A program made the position numbers and the translations under genes. A DNA stretch of 25,269 bases from a virus (taxonomy: Duplodnaviria; Caudoviricetes), in IMG/VR virus record IMGVR_UViG_3300032116_001212, positions 1 to 25,269 of that record, one strand, 5' to 3'. Below are positions 16,681 to 24,826 of this stretch, piece by piece (the first letter of the stretch is position 1; each line of letters starts with the position of its first letter). Below the pieces are notes generated by a model. It saw only the letters and a program-made list of their open reading frames with translations. It ran no database searches and was not told the DNA's origin.

Positions 16681-19540
16681 CAGGTTTCTCCACTGGAACA
16701 AAAGCCTCAACGTTCAAGTACTCGGGGTTGGTGCAGTCAAACTCCAACACATACACGGGTGCCGTTACCATCTTCATCCCAGTGCCGAGTCGGCGTGTGA
16801 CCCGCCCCGTAAACACACCCTTGAGCTTCATTTCCCGTAGCACATCGCTATACCCAATCTGTTTCTTAACGCAGTCATCCTTAAACGCACTGGACTGGAT
16901 GTATAGTTTTTTGGTGTCTGGCTCATATCGTGCAACCAACGCACCTCGGGGTTCCCGTAACGGTGCAGGGCTCAGGTTAGTGCGGGAGTCGGCTTCGCCG
17001 TTGACAACTAAGCACTGGTCCACGTGGCGGTTGAGAAAGTCACCCAACACAGTCGAGGCGTCATCCATAGGGGCACTGCCTTCTTTGCGTAGTTCCTTAA
17101 TCAGGTCTGTTGCCCATTTGTAAATAACCTTCATGTCGTAGTCAATCAAGCCCAGATTGCGGGCAATCAAACCACCGGTAATGTTACAAGCAACAACCGC
17201 AGACCAGAACCGCTCCCGCTGAGTCAGCTTCAGCTCTTTGTCGATCTTGGCTTGTATAGCCCGCATAGTCTGGACTGCTTCTTCTTTGTTGCCTACAAGC
17301 CATTGTGCATATATACCACCCGCCACGCCGTAGTTCTCTCGCAACTGATGGTCAAAGTACTGCTTACCTTCTGCCACGTCGATAGCATTTGAGTAACCAA
17401 TCTGGTACTCCATCAAGCGCATCATCTCCCCGTCCGGCGTAGCCTTCAAAGATGCCAGCTTTTGCGCAAAGTGTGCGTTGGCTGAGCACAAAGAAATGGT
17501 CTGCCAGAATGTCGTGTTAAGTCGGAGTTCGTTGGTCGCTGCCATAGACCGGTCCTTCCAGCGCCCTTGAGACATACCGTAGGACATATCAGAGAACTCT
17601 TCGGCCACCATGTTCGTTATCTCGTCCATCGTGAACGGCAGGTTATTCATCACCCCCAGCTTCAGCATCTTGGCGTTAACCGTGTCTTTTGGGATACACA
17701 TCAGGTTGTCTGGGTGCCCCCATACGCTGTTGCATACAGCCAGCGTTGTTGACTTACCTGAGCCTGAGCCACGGAAGACCAAGTTAATGATCGCGCCCTT
17801 CTGCCCGGTAAACTTAAGCAACGGCGCACCAAATGCTGACAGCGCAGCAAACGCGTTGGGTTCCAAACCGGGGCGAGTGTAGAGGTTAAAGACTTCTTTC
17901 CATTTTTCTAACGTGCCTGACTCAATGACGTACGGTGCCAGATGCTTCGTCGCTGTGGAAGGGGGGCTGTAGTAAATGCTATCCGCCGTAATCTCTCTAT
18001 CACCCACAATAAACTTACTGTCTCCATCAGCCCAACCAAATTGTGTTCTCATAATATCTGCCTTTGTGGTTATTTGTATTTCCTTTGCACACCTAAGCAA
18101 AAAGTTAATTACTTCATCCATCTGCGTACCCCGAGCCAACACGCCCTTGGCACCTAACAGTTTTTTTGGTTCGTCCTTACCGGTCAGTGCGCTTGCTGCT
18201 ATCGTAAAATCCTTAACGCCGTCCTTGGGTAAGTGCAGACGTATCCGCATTACTTCGCCTACTTCTGGGTCGATCATGCGCTGCATTACGTATATGTCGT
18301 GCTCGTAAATCAACTTTGCTTCTTCCTCATCCTTCATCGGCTCCCGATATACGCCGCCACTTGCACCACGCTTATATGGGAATGGGTACGTCGGAATGTA
18401 AGTGGGCGCAATCGCTACGCTGCCTTCATCCTCTTCTTCGTCTTCCGGTTGTTCAGGTTCGACCAAGTATCCTTCCTCAGTTGCTTCAGACAAAGCTATC
18501 GTCCGACCTAAAGCGATAGGAGAAGCAAATGCGCCTTTATGTTTGCAATTATCACAGCCGCCGGGGTTCCAACGCGCAAACGTCGTGCAGTAGTGGGGGG
18601 CTCCGGTATCTCGCAAGTTTTGCGCTTTCGCATCCACTTCCGCTGGGTCGTAATGCGGGTGGTTTTTAGACAACTTGTGAACTGCCGAGTACGAGTCCTC
18701 ACAGAATGCCGCGATAGACATAGCTGAGCGCCACAGGTTGTAATCTATGGACTCTTGGTTCTGATAACAATGTATTAACTGAGCGCAGCCTTCATCGCCC
18801 ATCGTCATAATCTTTTTAAACGACGACGTGCGGTTCTTCATCAACGCCAAAGTAAGTGCCGACGGTGGCCCTCTGCGTCTGGGTATGTACTGCTCGTCCT
18901 CGGCGCTTACACCAAGTATTTCTTTAATCTTTTCGTATTCTACGGGTGGAGCAACTGACAACACCTCGACGGGCTTAGGTGTTTCATCCTTGAAATTTAA
19001 TGTCCCCGGTACGCGTAATATCCGAGCCGACTCGAAGACGGAAGGGTCCACAATCAAGCCGTGAGTGACGCAAAGTTTAGATAGCCGCTTAGTAAGTGGT
19101 TGCCAGCGTGCTTTGTCTATGGTTTCAGTAAGCAGCCAGTACAAATGCCAGCCACGTCCTGAGTTAACGACTGTAGGTTTGGGCAGTCCTATCGTGGAAC
19201 AGAACTCTCGTAGTGCTTGTAATCCGGTGGCTTGGTCTACGTAGCCTTCAATCCGGTTATTCTTTTTAGGGTTAGGCTTTCCTTTATCTTCGCCGCAGTC
19301 AATATCCATCCAGAGGGCACGGAAATACGTAGCATTCTCCTGCTTACGATTCGCGTTGGTTGCAAACTTAGCACAACCAAAATAAACATCGCGCCCACCC
19401 TCCAGATACTGCTTGATAAACTCGTCTGCCTCTTCTCTAGTCTGTACAAGCTCCTGCCACGCTACGTCGTTCTTAATTCCTACAATGCAATACCAACCCT
19501 CATCGGGCAGCACAGCATCCATTAAGTCGAAGTTAGCCAT
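16649..19540 (-). CDS. primase-helicase fusion: N-terminal AEP/RepB-like primase, Cys cluster, DUF927 and P-loop helicase
   Basis: WMDIDCG (DxD), VNSGRGWHLYW and RILRVPGT.NFK are AEP motifs. Cys cluster C...HYC...GGCDNCKH; QFGW (DUF927-like); Walker A GSGSGKST; Walker B FTMDE. Confidence 0.88.
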   Translation of the reverse strand: MANFDLMDAVLPDEGWYCIVGIKNDVAWQELVQTREEADEFIKQYLEGGRDVYFGCAKFATNANRKQENATYFRALWMDIDCGEDKGKPNPKKNNRIEGYVDQATGLQALREFCSTIGLPKPTVVNSGRGWHLYWLLTETIDKARWQPLTKRLSKLCVTHGLIVDPSVFESARILRVPGTLNFKDETPKPVEVLSVAPPVEYEKIKEILGVSAEDEQYIPRRRGPPSALTLALMKNRTSSFKKIMTMGDEGCAQLIHCYQNQESIDYNLWRSAMSIAAFCEDSYSAVHKLSKNHPHYDPAEVDAKAQNLRDTGAPHYCTTFARWNPGGCDNCKHKGAFASPIALGRTIALSEATEEGYLVEPEQPEDEEEDEGSVAIAPTYIPTYPFPYKRGASGGVYREPMKDEEEAKLIYEHDIYVMQRMIDPEVGEVMRIRLHLPKDGVKDFTIAASALTGKDEPKKLLGAKGVLARGTQMDEVINFLLRCAKEIQITTKADIMRTQFGWADGDSKFIVGDREITADSIYYSPPSTATKHLAPYVIESGTLEKWKEVFNLYTRPGLEPNAFAALSAFGAPLLKFTGQKGAIINLVFRGSGSGKSTTLAVCNSVWGHPDNLMCIPKDTVNAKMLKLGVMNNLPFTMDEITNMVAEEFSDMSYGMSQGRWKDRSMAATNELRLNTTFWQTISLCSANAHFAQKLASLKATPDGEMMRLMEYQIGYSNAIDVAEGKQYFDHQLRENYGVAGGIYAQWLVGNKEEAVQTMRAIQAKIDKELKLTQRERFWSAVVACNITGGLIARNLGLIDYDMKVIYKWATDLIKELRKEGSAPMDDASTVLGDFLNRHVDQCLVVNGEADSRTNLSPAPLREPRGALVARYEPDTKKLYIQSSAFKDDCVKKQIGYSDVLREMKLKGVFTGRVTRRLGTGMKMVTAPVYVLEFDCTNPEYLNVEAFVPVEKPDAGGEGQLPN

Positions 19541-19559
19541 TTAGTTATTGTATGAGGGT

Positions 19560-19583
19560 AAAAAAGGGGGGATTTCTCCCCCC
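19560..19583 (-). terminator. Rho-independent terminator between the HTH gene and the primase gene
   Basis: On the - strand: GGGGGGA-GAAA-TCCCCCC followed by TTTTTT (7-bp stem, GNRA loop, U6). Confidence 0.8.
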
Positions 19584-19607
19584 AAAAAGCACTAGGTGCC
19601 ATACTCT

Positions 19608-19838
19608 TTACTTCAAGCGTTTCAACAGTTTGAAAATCGCTGCGTGGTATTTTGGATGCGGATCACATAATCCAGAAAACCAGTTGTAAACCGTGGTGCG
19701 GCTTACCCCCAGTTGGTCAGCAATCTCACGTACCGAAGATCCAGCCCCAATACATGCGTTACCCAAGATAACACCAAGCAGCTTCTTGTCAGCCCGTTTA
19801 TTTATGGTCGCAAGTCGCTGGCTGTATCCGTAGGTCAT
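19608..19838 (-). CDS. Cro/XRE-like helix-turn-helix protein (76 aa)
   Basis: SVREIADQLGVSRTTVYNWFSG is a canonical HTH; TAATG coupling to the upstream gene. Confidence 0.85.
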   Translation of the reverse strand: MTYGYSQRLATINKRADKKLLGVILGNACIGAGSSVREIADQLGVSRTTVYNWFSGLCDPHPKYHAAIFKLLKRLK

Positions 19839-20758
19839 TAGGCGTCGCTCCAGTCACTGACCACATCCGCAAGAGATTTCTTAGGCGTATCCGAAACCTC
19901 GGCCTTTGATTTAGAAGCGCGTTTCGTAGGTTCTGCCACCGCTTCCTCTTCGACTGCTTCTGCCTTGGCTTTCTCGGCTTTTGGTACAGGCGATTGCTCA
20001 AACTCCTCATTGTTTGCTTTCCCCTCCGTATCCGTTTGGTACACAGACATAACTACAGCTTTCTGTGCAGTCTCGGACACCGCTGCTTCTGCAACAATAG
20101 CTTCTAACTGCGGATACTTAGCAACGAAGTCCACTGCCTTAAACAGCACAGTCTGGTTATCGTTATCTTCGTTAAAACTTATCTCCGTAATTACAGATTC
20201 AATGTCGCTACCATTGGCAAAGATGTAGTCTATGTACGCGTTGAACGGGAAGGTGTGGTTGTTACCCTTACCGAAGATAGACTTAGCCGACAACTGCATC
20301 TGATACACATCACCAGCCACGTTAGTATCCATATCGTCTGGCAGCACCAGTGCGATACGACGGCCATAGCGGCATGCCTTAGTATTACCCTGACCGGAGC
20401 CAGCGATGTTCTTAGGGCAGGTCTCACAAGTTTTACCTTGTGGCTGCTTCACACCTACATCTGGCTTGCGGCCATCAGGCGACCAGCAGTCTGGCGGCGC
20501 AGCTTCAGCGTTTGGGTCGTAGGTCTTAGCGTAGAACGTACGTGAAATATCTGGTGCTGCGTTAACAATGACAACACGCAAAGGCGCTTTCAACTTGCCC
20601 ACATCTTCGCCATTAGCCAGTCGGCGCAGGATGCCATTCTTAGCCACAACGCGCTTCAATGACTTCTTCTTCATCAGCGACTGCGTCAGTGCTGATGGGC
20701 TCTTCTTCGCTGAGAGGGCTACATCACCGGATTTAAAAATAGAAACTTCGTTGCTCAT
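19838..20758 (-). CDS. putative single-stranded DNA-binding protein (306 aa)
   Basis: AAGGAG RBS; Cys motif PDCWS...CETCP.N..GS....KACR; low-complexity Lys/Ala/Glu linker; acidic-aromatic tail (LADVVSDWSDA); replication-module context. The function is inferred. Confidence 0.55.
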   Translation of the reverse strand: MSNEVSIFKSGDVALSAKKSPSALTQSLMKKKSLKRVVAKNGILRRLANGEDVGKLKAPLRVVIVNAAPDISRTFYAKTYDPNAEAAPPDCWSPDGRKPDVGVKQPQGKTCETCPKNIAGSGQGNTKACRYGRRIALVLPDDMDTNVAGDVYQMQLSAKSIFGKGNNHTFPFNAYIDYIFANGSDIESVITEISFNEDNDNQTVLFKAVDFVAKYPQLEAIVAEAAVSETAQKAVVMSVYQTDTEGKANNEEFEQSPVPKAEKAKAEAVEEEAVAEPTKRASKSKAEVSDTPKKSLADVVSDWSDA

Positions 20759-21156
20759 TTGCTTCTCCTTACAGTAATTTTGTATTTGCTATCGGACATA
20801 AGACCTTTGGGTAACTGGTCTGGGTTTTCTTCAAGGTACTGCTTCATGTTGGTCTGGTGAATACGTTTCTCGAACAAACCATACGCATCATTTTCTTTTA
20901 CAAACTCATACATAGATTCCCAATCATTCGTCCAGAACCGGGTATCAACCCTACGCATGATTGTGCCAACGGGGGTTTTGATGCTATCAGCATTATTCTC
21001 TTTGCACAACTCTAGCATCTCGGTTGATATGAGCGCTAACTGTTCTTCCAACACTTTATATTCTTCATCAAACTTCTTCTGCAACGCATCACGCTTATCG
21101 CGTATTTTTATATACACTTCCGTCAGTTGATCTGCGGGGTAGTCTTTTACATCCAT
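20755..21156 (-). CDS. phage replication-module hypothetical protein (133 aa, N-terminal coiled coil)
   Basis: GAAGGAG RBS; YIKIRD..., SIKT..GT, DWES.YEFV.EN and L.EKRI.Q pattern; ATGA overlap with the downstream gene. Confidence 0.8.
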   Translation of the reverse strand: MDVKDYPADQLTEVYIKIRDKRDALQKKFDEEYKVLEEQLALISTEMLELCKENNADSIKTPVGTIMRRVDTRFWTNDWESMYEFVKENDAYGLFEKRIHQTNMKQYLEENPDQLPKGLMSDSKYKITVRRSK

Positions 21157-21334
21157 CGTAGCTCCTTCAATAAAAATGCGGGGTCACCGAGTGGAAGACC
21201 TATAGGTAAATGAAAAAAGCCTACGGTTTTAGCTCAGCCCCCGCCGCTGTAGTTATTAGCCCCACACACAGCTTGGGTGTCGTCACTTCAACATTTAAAT
21301 CTACTCCCACATCCACCAGCACTCACGTACTGAT
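21157..21334 (-). ncRNA. candidate structured 5' leader or stand-alone ncRNA (~180 nt)
   Basis: This is the longest intergenic gap in the window. It holds several hairpins: CAGTAC-GTGA-GTGCTG, GCTGT...ACAGC, and a long interrupted stem at 21244-21178 followed by ATTTTT. Confidence 0.45.
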
Positions 21335-21340
21335 ACCTGA

Positions 21341-21368
21341 ACTATACACCAACTTTTGACATTGTCAA
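21341..21368 (-). promoter_or_regulatory. sigma70-type promoter overlapped by a 13-bp palindrome
   Basis: On the - strand: TTGACA (21368-21363), 16-nt spacer, TATAGT (21346-21341). The perfect inverted repeat TTGACA-T-TGTCAA lies at 21356-21368. Confidence 0.75.
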
Positions 21369-22924
21369 GCGCCTTTAAGCTCTTGCTTGTATAAATCAAT
21401 TATTTTTGTGTGGTTGGCTATGTTGTTGCGCAGCATTCGGTAAAGCCTTGCTTCTACTTCACTACCCTTAATATGCACGATAGTCATTGCGTTTTTTTGA
21501 CCGGGGCGATTGATACGTGCGTTTGCTTGTAGATAAGTTTCAACACTCGTCACCGGCGCGTACCAGATAATCGTATCCGCTGCGGTCAATGTCAACCCAT
21601 GGGATGCTGCCTGTGGTTGAATAATTAATACTCGTGGCTCTTTACTATTTTGAAACCTTTGGATAACGTCGTTGCGCCTGTTGACCGTAACCTTGCCGCT
21701 TATAATCTCGCAAGTAATACCAGCAGATGTAAGGTGGCTCATGAGTAGCTCAATTGTATGTGTGAATGGCACGAAGACCAGCACCTTGTTACTTGATTCC
21801 TCAATAACTTCCTGTACAACTTTGAGCCGGTTAGACACATCAAACTCCACAACCTCTCGGTTATCTGCGTAGACAGCACCGCCCGATATTTGCAAAAGTT
21901 TATTTAAGTTAACCGCAGCGTTGACAGACGTAACCTCTTCACCTCCGGCATTAATCATCATTTGCTGCTTAAGCATTTTGTAATACTTGTCTTGTTGCGG
22001 TGTAAGTGGCGCATCGCGTTCCGTGTAAGTTACTTCTGGTAAGTCCAAGCACTGCGCTTTTTCAAACCGAATTGCTGGTTGCAAGGCGTTATGCACAGTA
22101 ACCTCGGCGTTCTGACGTGGCACCCAACGGAACTGGCCTACCTTCTCCATTACCTTATCGCGGAACTGCCCAAAGAACTTAGGCACACCGTCTGGATTAA
22201 CCAGCTTTGCTATACCGTAAGCATCCACAGGCGATTGTGCAGCGGGCGTACCGGTCAACATCCACAGCCAAGTCTCTGGGGTGAGTACAGACTTCAGTGT
22301 TTTCCAGCGGGCTGTCTGCATGTTCTTATATGCCGAAGCCTCATCCGCTACGATCAAGTCAAACCCACCGTTAGCCACCTCGTCCTTGACGATGTCCAAC
22401 CCATCAAAGTTAATGATGACAAACTCAGCATCGCCGTTAATTATGGCTCTACGTTGGTCACGCTTACCATAAGCAATGTCACAGCTACGGTGCACAGCAA
22501 ACCGGAACAGGTCGTTCTGCCATGCCGATTTCATAATAGATAGTGGGCAGATAATAAGCACACGACGCACCAAGCCCAGTTTCATCAGGTAGTCAGCCGC
22601 CCAGATAACAGCCGCCGTCTTACCCGTACCTTGCTCATTAAAACAAAATGCTCGTTTGCGCAGGGTTAAAAATGACGCGGTTTGCTTCTGGTGCTCGAAC
22701 GGCTTGAACTGCCCCGGCCAGTCGTAGTCTCGGGTTATGGGTGACGGCACATTTTTAATGTTTAGCTTAGCCAGCGCTTGCGTTTCGTCAAGCCCATAAT
22801 GCACGGCGACATCGTGCAGATCATCCGGCAACCGACCGATGACTTTGCTCTTTTTGATCGTCTCCGTTATCAAGTGCGGGCGTCTCGTTCTAATGACGAT
22901 GACTTTGTTATCTACGATTTGCAT
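21365..22924 (-). CDS. SNF2-like superfamily 2 helicase/ATPase
   Basis: Q motif (PFEHQ), motif I EQGTGKT, Ia ICPLS, II ADEAS, III LTGTP, V HGLTLT.A, VI QANARINRPGQ. Confidence 0.92.
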   Translation of the reverse strand: MQIVDNKVIVIRTRRPHLITETIKKSKVIGRLPDDLHDVAVHYGLDETQALAKLNIKNVPSPITRDYDWPGQFKPFEHQKQTASFLTLRKRAFCFNEQGTGKTAAVIWAADYLMKLGLVRRVLIICPLSIMKSAWQNDLFRFAVHRSCDIAYGKRDQRRAIINGDAEFVIINFDGLDIVKDEVANGGFDLIVADEASAYKNMQTARWKTLKSVLTPETWLWMLTGTPAAQSPVDAYGIAKLVNPDGVPKFFGQFRDKVMEKVGQFRWVPRQNAEVTVHNALQPAIRFEKAQCLDLPEVTYTERDAPLTPQQDKYYKMLKQQMMINAGGEEVTSVNAAVNLNKLLQISGGAVYADNREVVEFDVSNRLKVVQEVIEESSNKVLVFVPFTHTIELLMSHLTSAGITCEIISGKVTVNRRNDVIQRFQNSKEPRVLIIQPQAASHGLTLTAADTIIWYAPVTSVETYLQANARINRPGQKNAMTIVHIKGSEVEARLYRMLRNNIANHTKIIDLYKQELKGA

Positions 22925-23133
22925 CTAAGTTTTATTTTGTATTGGTGATGGTTGTACTCAAGTAGAGCTTCGTAATCTAAAATAACAGAGGCGGCATCAA
23001 GTGGAGAGTTATAAGGCGCATCCATAATCACGTCCTCATCCACCCAATCAGAACCTAACATTGTTAGCCAGATCATTCGGGCTTCTTCCACGGACATCGT
23101 ATCCATCAGTGGTTGTTGCTTCTCGTCCATCAT
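22912..23133 (-). CDS. hypothetical protein (73 aa, acidic)
   Basis: Fills the gap with short overlaps on both neighbours (ATGA overlap upstream); no motif recognised. Confidence 0.6.
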   Translation of the reverse strand: MMDEKQQPLMDTMSVEEARMIWLTMLGSDWVDEDVIMDAPYNSPLDAASVILDYEALLEYNHHQYKIKLRCKS

Positions 23134-23423
23134 TTTTTACGTTCTCGCTTACTGACTTCAGACTTCAAGCTACGATCAGAGCCACGTAGAAAAGACCGGT
23201 TAGCCCCAGCACTCTCTACCTTCAAGCCTGTTGTATTGCTACCGCCCTTAGATAATGCTTTGGTGTGTGCAACGTCTTTACCATCACCCTTACTGACTTT
23301 GCCTTCTTTCATCAGCTTGGCACGGGCTGCATTGCGCGTGGCGCGTTTCTTAATTTGCTCTGGTGTGCCCTGATACTCTTCGTATTCTTTTTTGTATGGG
23401 CGGGGTTTATTTATGTAAGGCAT
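23130..23423 (-). CDS. small basic HNH-like protein (97 aa)
   Basis: RPYKKEY...KRATRNAAR...GDGKDVAHTKALSKGGSN...L.V.S...NRS is a beta-beta-alpha-Me-like signature; GAGGAAGGA RBS. Confidence 0.7.
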   Translation of the reverse strand: MPYINKPRPYKKEYEEYQGTPEQIKKRATRNAARAKLMKEGKVSKGDGKDVAHTKALSKGGSNTTGLKVESAGANRSFLRGSDRSLKSEVSKRERKK

Positions 23424-23802
23424 GGGATGTTTCCTTCCTCAAATTAAAATACGCATTAGGTGAACGGGGCATACGTTTCATAGAATACTTCAAATATAAA
23501 GCGCCGCAAATAAAATCTCCGTTGCTTACGTACTGCTTAGCATCACGCTCTACTCGGTGTTTCCATCCGTAGCTACTTGTGCTGGTATTAATAGTTTTCC
23601 TACGGTCAAGCGCGTCATAGTTTAGTAACCACTCAACTACGGCTGTAAATCCTTCCGGTGTAACGGGTCCGTGGTCTTTACCCCACCCATCGTCTTGGTT
23701 GTACAAAGCGTATCTATTCTCATACTTAAACCCGTTCGCAGTTAGGTCAGGGTAGTCTTTAAGTACTTTGTTGATATACTCTTGTGCTTCGGCTTCAGTC
23801 AT
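23407..23802 (-). CDS. hypothetical protein (131 aa)
   Basis: Strong AGGAGGAG RBS; TAATG coupling; SSYGWKH..E....YVSNGDFI.GA motif-like segment. Confidence 0.75.
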   Translation of the reverse strand: MTEAEAQEYINKVLKDYPDLTANGFKYENRYALYNQDDGWGKDHGPVTPEGFTAVVEWLLNYDALDRRKTINTSTSSYGWKHRVERDAKQYVSNGDFICGALYLKYSMKRMPRSPNAYFNLRKETSHALHK

Positions 23803-24476
23803 TAGCTCCTCCTATTGTGTGCGCAACTAGTTACAGGACAGAATTTACACAGTGGGCCGGACACCGGGTTCCACACGTTCGTTTTTATCGCTGCTTCTAA
23901 CCGAGTTAACTCCGGCTCCATTGAATTCAGATACGAAGTTTGCATCATGAACTCGTGCTTCTTCTTAACCATCTCGTTGCTAACCACAAACAACAGTGCG
24001 GACTTAATTTCCATAATCTTAGGGTAGTGCGTAAAGACTGCACCCGCCAGTAAGTCTAGCTGTTTGGTGTCGGCATACTTCGCGTTCTTGCTGGTCTTGT
24101 AGTCCACCAGATACGCAGTTTGTTTTTCCTCGTTAACAATGAGCAAGTCAGCTATACCTCTCCACCAGACATCCTTGGCAAAGAAGTCACACGGTGCAAA
24201 CTTACCATCGCGCTTAGCTACACCTAATTTAATCTCGCAATGCTTCTCGCCTTCTATCTTGTTAAGAGCCTGTAAAGTCTCCTGCACAAAGCTAAACTGC
24301 GGCGGTATAGGTGTGCCATCTTTAATATAGTCCTCTGCCGCTTTGTGCAGATCCTTACCATAGACCGTAGCAGTCGAGTCCGCATCTTTGTAGTCCTTAA
24401 GTATGCGCAAATGATGGTACTTCTTCGGGCATTGATCGAAGGTTTTGATGCTACTGTATGACCATGCTGGTATCAT
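23802..24476 (-). CDS. PD-(D/E)XK exonuclease, Cas4/AddB-like
   Basis: WSYSS...F.QCP, G..LH, E.KL, RGIADLL, VDYKT and QL.L.A, plus C-terminal CKFCPVTSC (1+3 Cys arrangement). Start placed at ATG 24476 (ATGA overlap) rather than GTG 24488. Confidence 0.88.
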   Translation of the reverse strand: MIPAWSYSSIKTFDQCPKKYHHLRILKDYKDADSTATVYGKDLHKAAEDYIKDGTPIPPQFSFVQETLQALNKIEGEKHCEIKLGVAKRDGKFAPCDFFAKDVWWRGIADLLIVNEEKQTAYLVDYKTSKNAKYADTKQLDLLAGAVFTHYPKIMEIKSALLFVVSNEMVKKKHEFMMQTSYLNSMEPELTRLEAAIKTNVWNPVSGPLCKFCPVTSCAHNRRS

Positions 24477-24826
24477 TCTTTGTTCCACCTTTTTTCACGT
24501 TCGACAATACGCTCCGCTTTTCTTACCAGTTGCATTGCCCTGTTAGCAGATACAAACATAGCTACACCGACAGCTTTATATGTCCAGCCTTTATTGCGTA
24601 ACTTTAGTGCTTCTAATGCACGCTCTTTGGCCGCTGCGCTTATTTCTTTTTGTTTACTTGGTTTAACTACGCGTTGTTCTTTTAGTTTGTCGCTATAAAT
24701 GGTACGAAGGTCGCTAATTACGCATTTAAGTACATCTAACTGCGACACAGGATCGAGTGCATCAAATGCTGCTGATGTGACAATCGTGGTTTCAAAATTT
24801 TTAATACTTGCGCTCAGTACCCTCAT
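24473..24826 (-). CDS. protein with C-terminal sigma70 region 4-like HTH (117 aa)
   Basis: ALKLRNKGWTYKAVGVAMFVSANRAMQLVRKAER resembles the region-4 pattern. Start placed at ATG 24826 (TAATG coupling to the polymerase stop). Confidence 0.6.
   Translation of the reverse strand: MRVLSASIKNFETTIVTSAAFDALDPVSQLDVLKCVISDLRTIYSDKLKEQRVVKPSKQKEISAAAKERALEALKLRNKGWTYKAVGVAMFVSANRAMQLVRKAERIVEREKRWNKE

Noticed and set aside
21157-21340. Possible tRNA in the structured gap
   Set aside because: No T-loop GTTCRA, no cloverleaf with correct arm lengths, and no CCA-terminated acceptor stem found by eye.
21210-21359. 49-codon + strand ORF (MKKAYGFSSAPAAVV...) in the intergenic gap
   Set aside because: Antisense to the surrounding operon, weak and too-close SD, no + strand promoter seen, and it runs through the - strand promoter; the RNA-structure explanation fits better. 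Not fully excluded.
21356-21390. Divergent + strand promoter using the other TTGACA half of the palindrome
   Set aside because: No -10-like hexamer at 16-18 nt spacing, and it would point antisense into the helicase gene.
23802-24476. CRISPR-associated cas4
   Set aside because: The Cas4-like fold is common in phage replication modules; there is no cas1/cas2 and no repeat-spacer array in the window.
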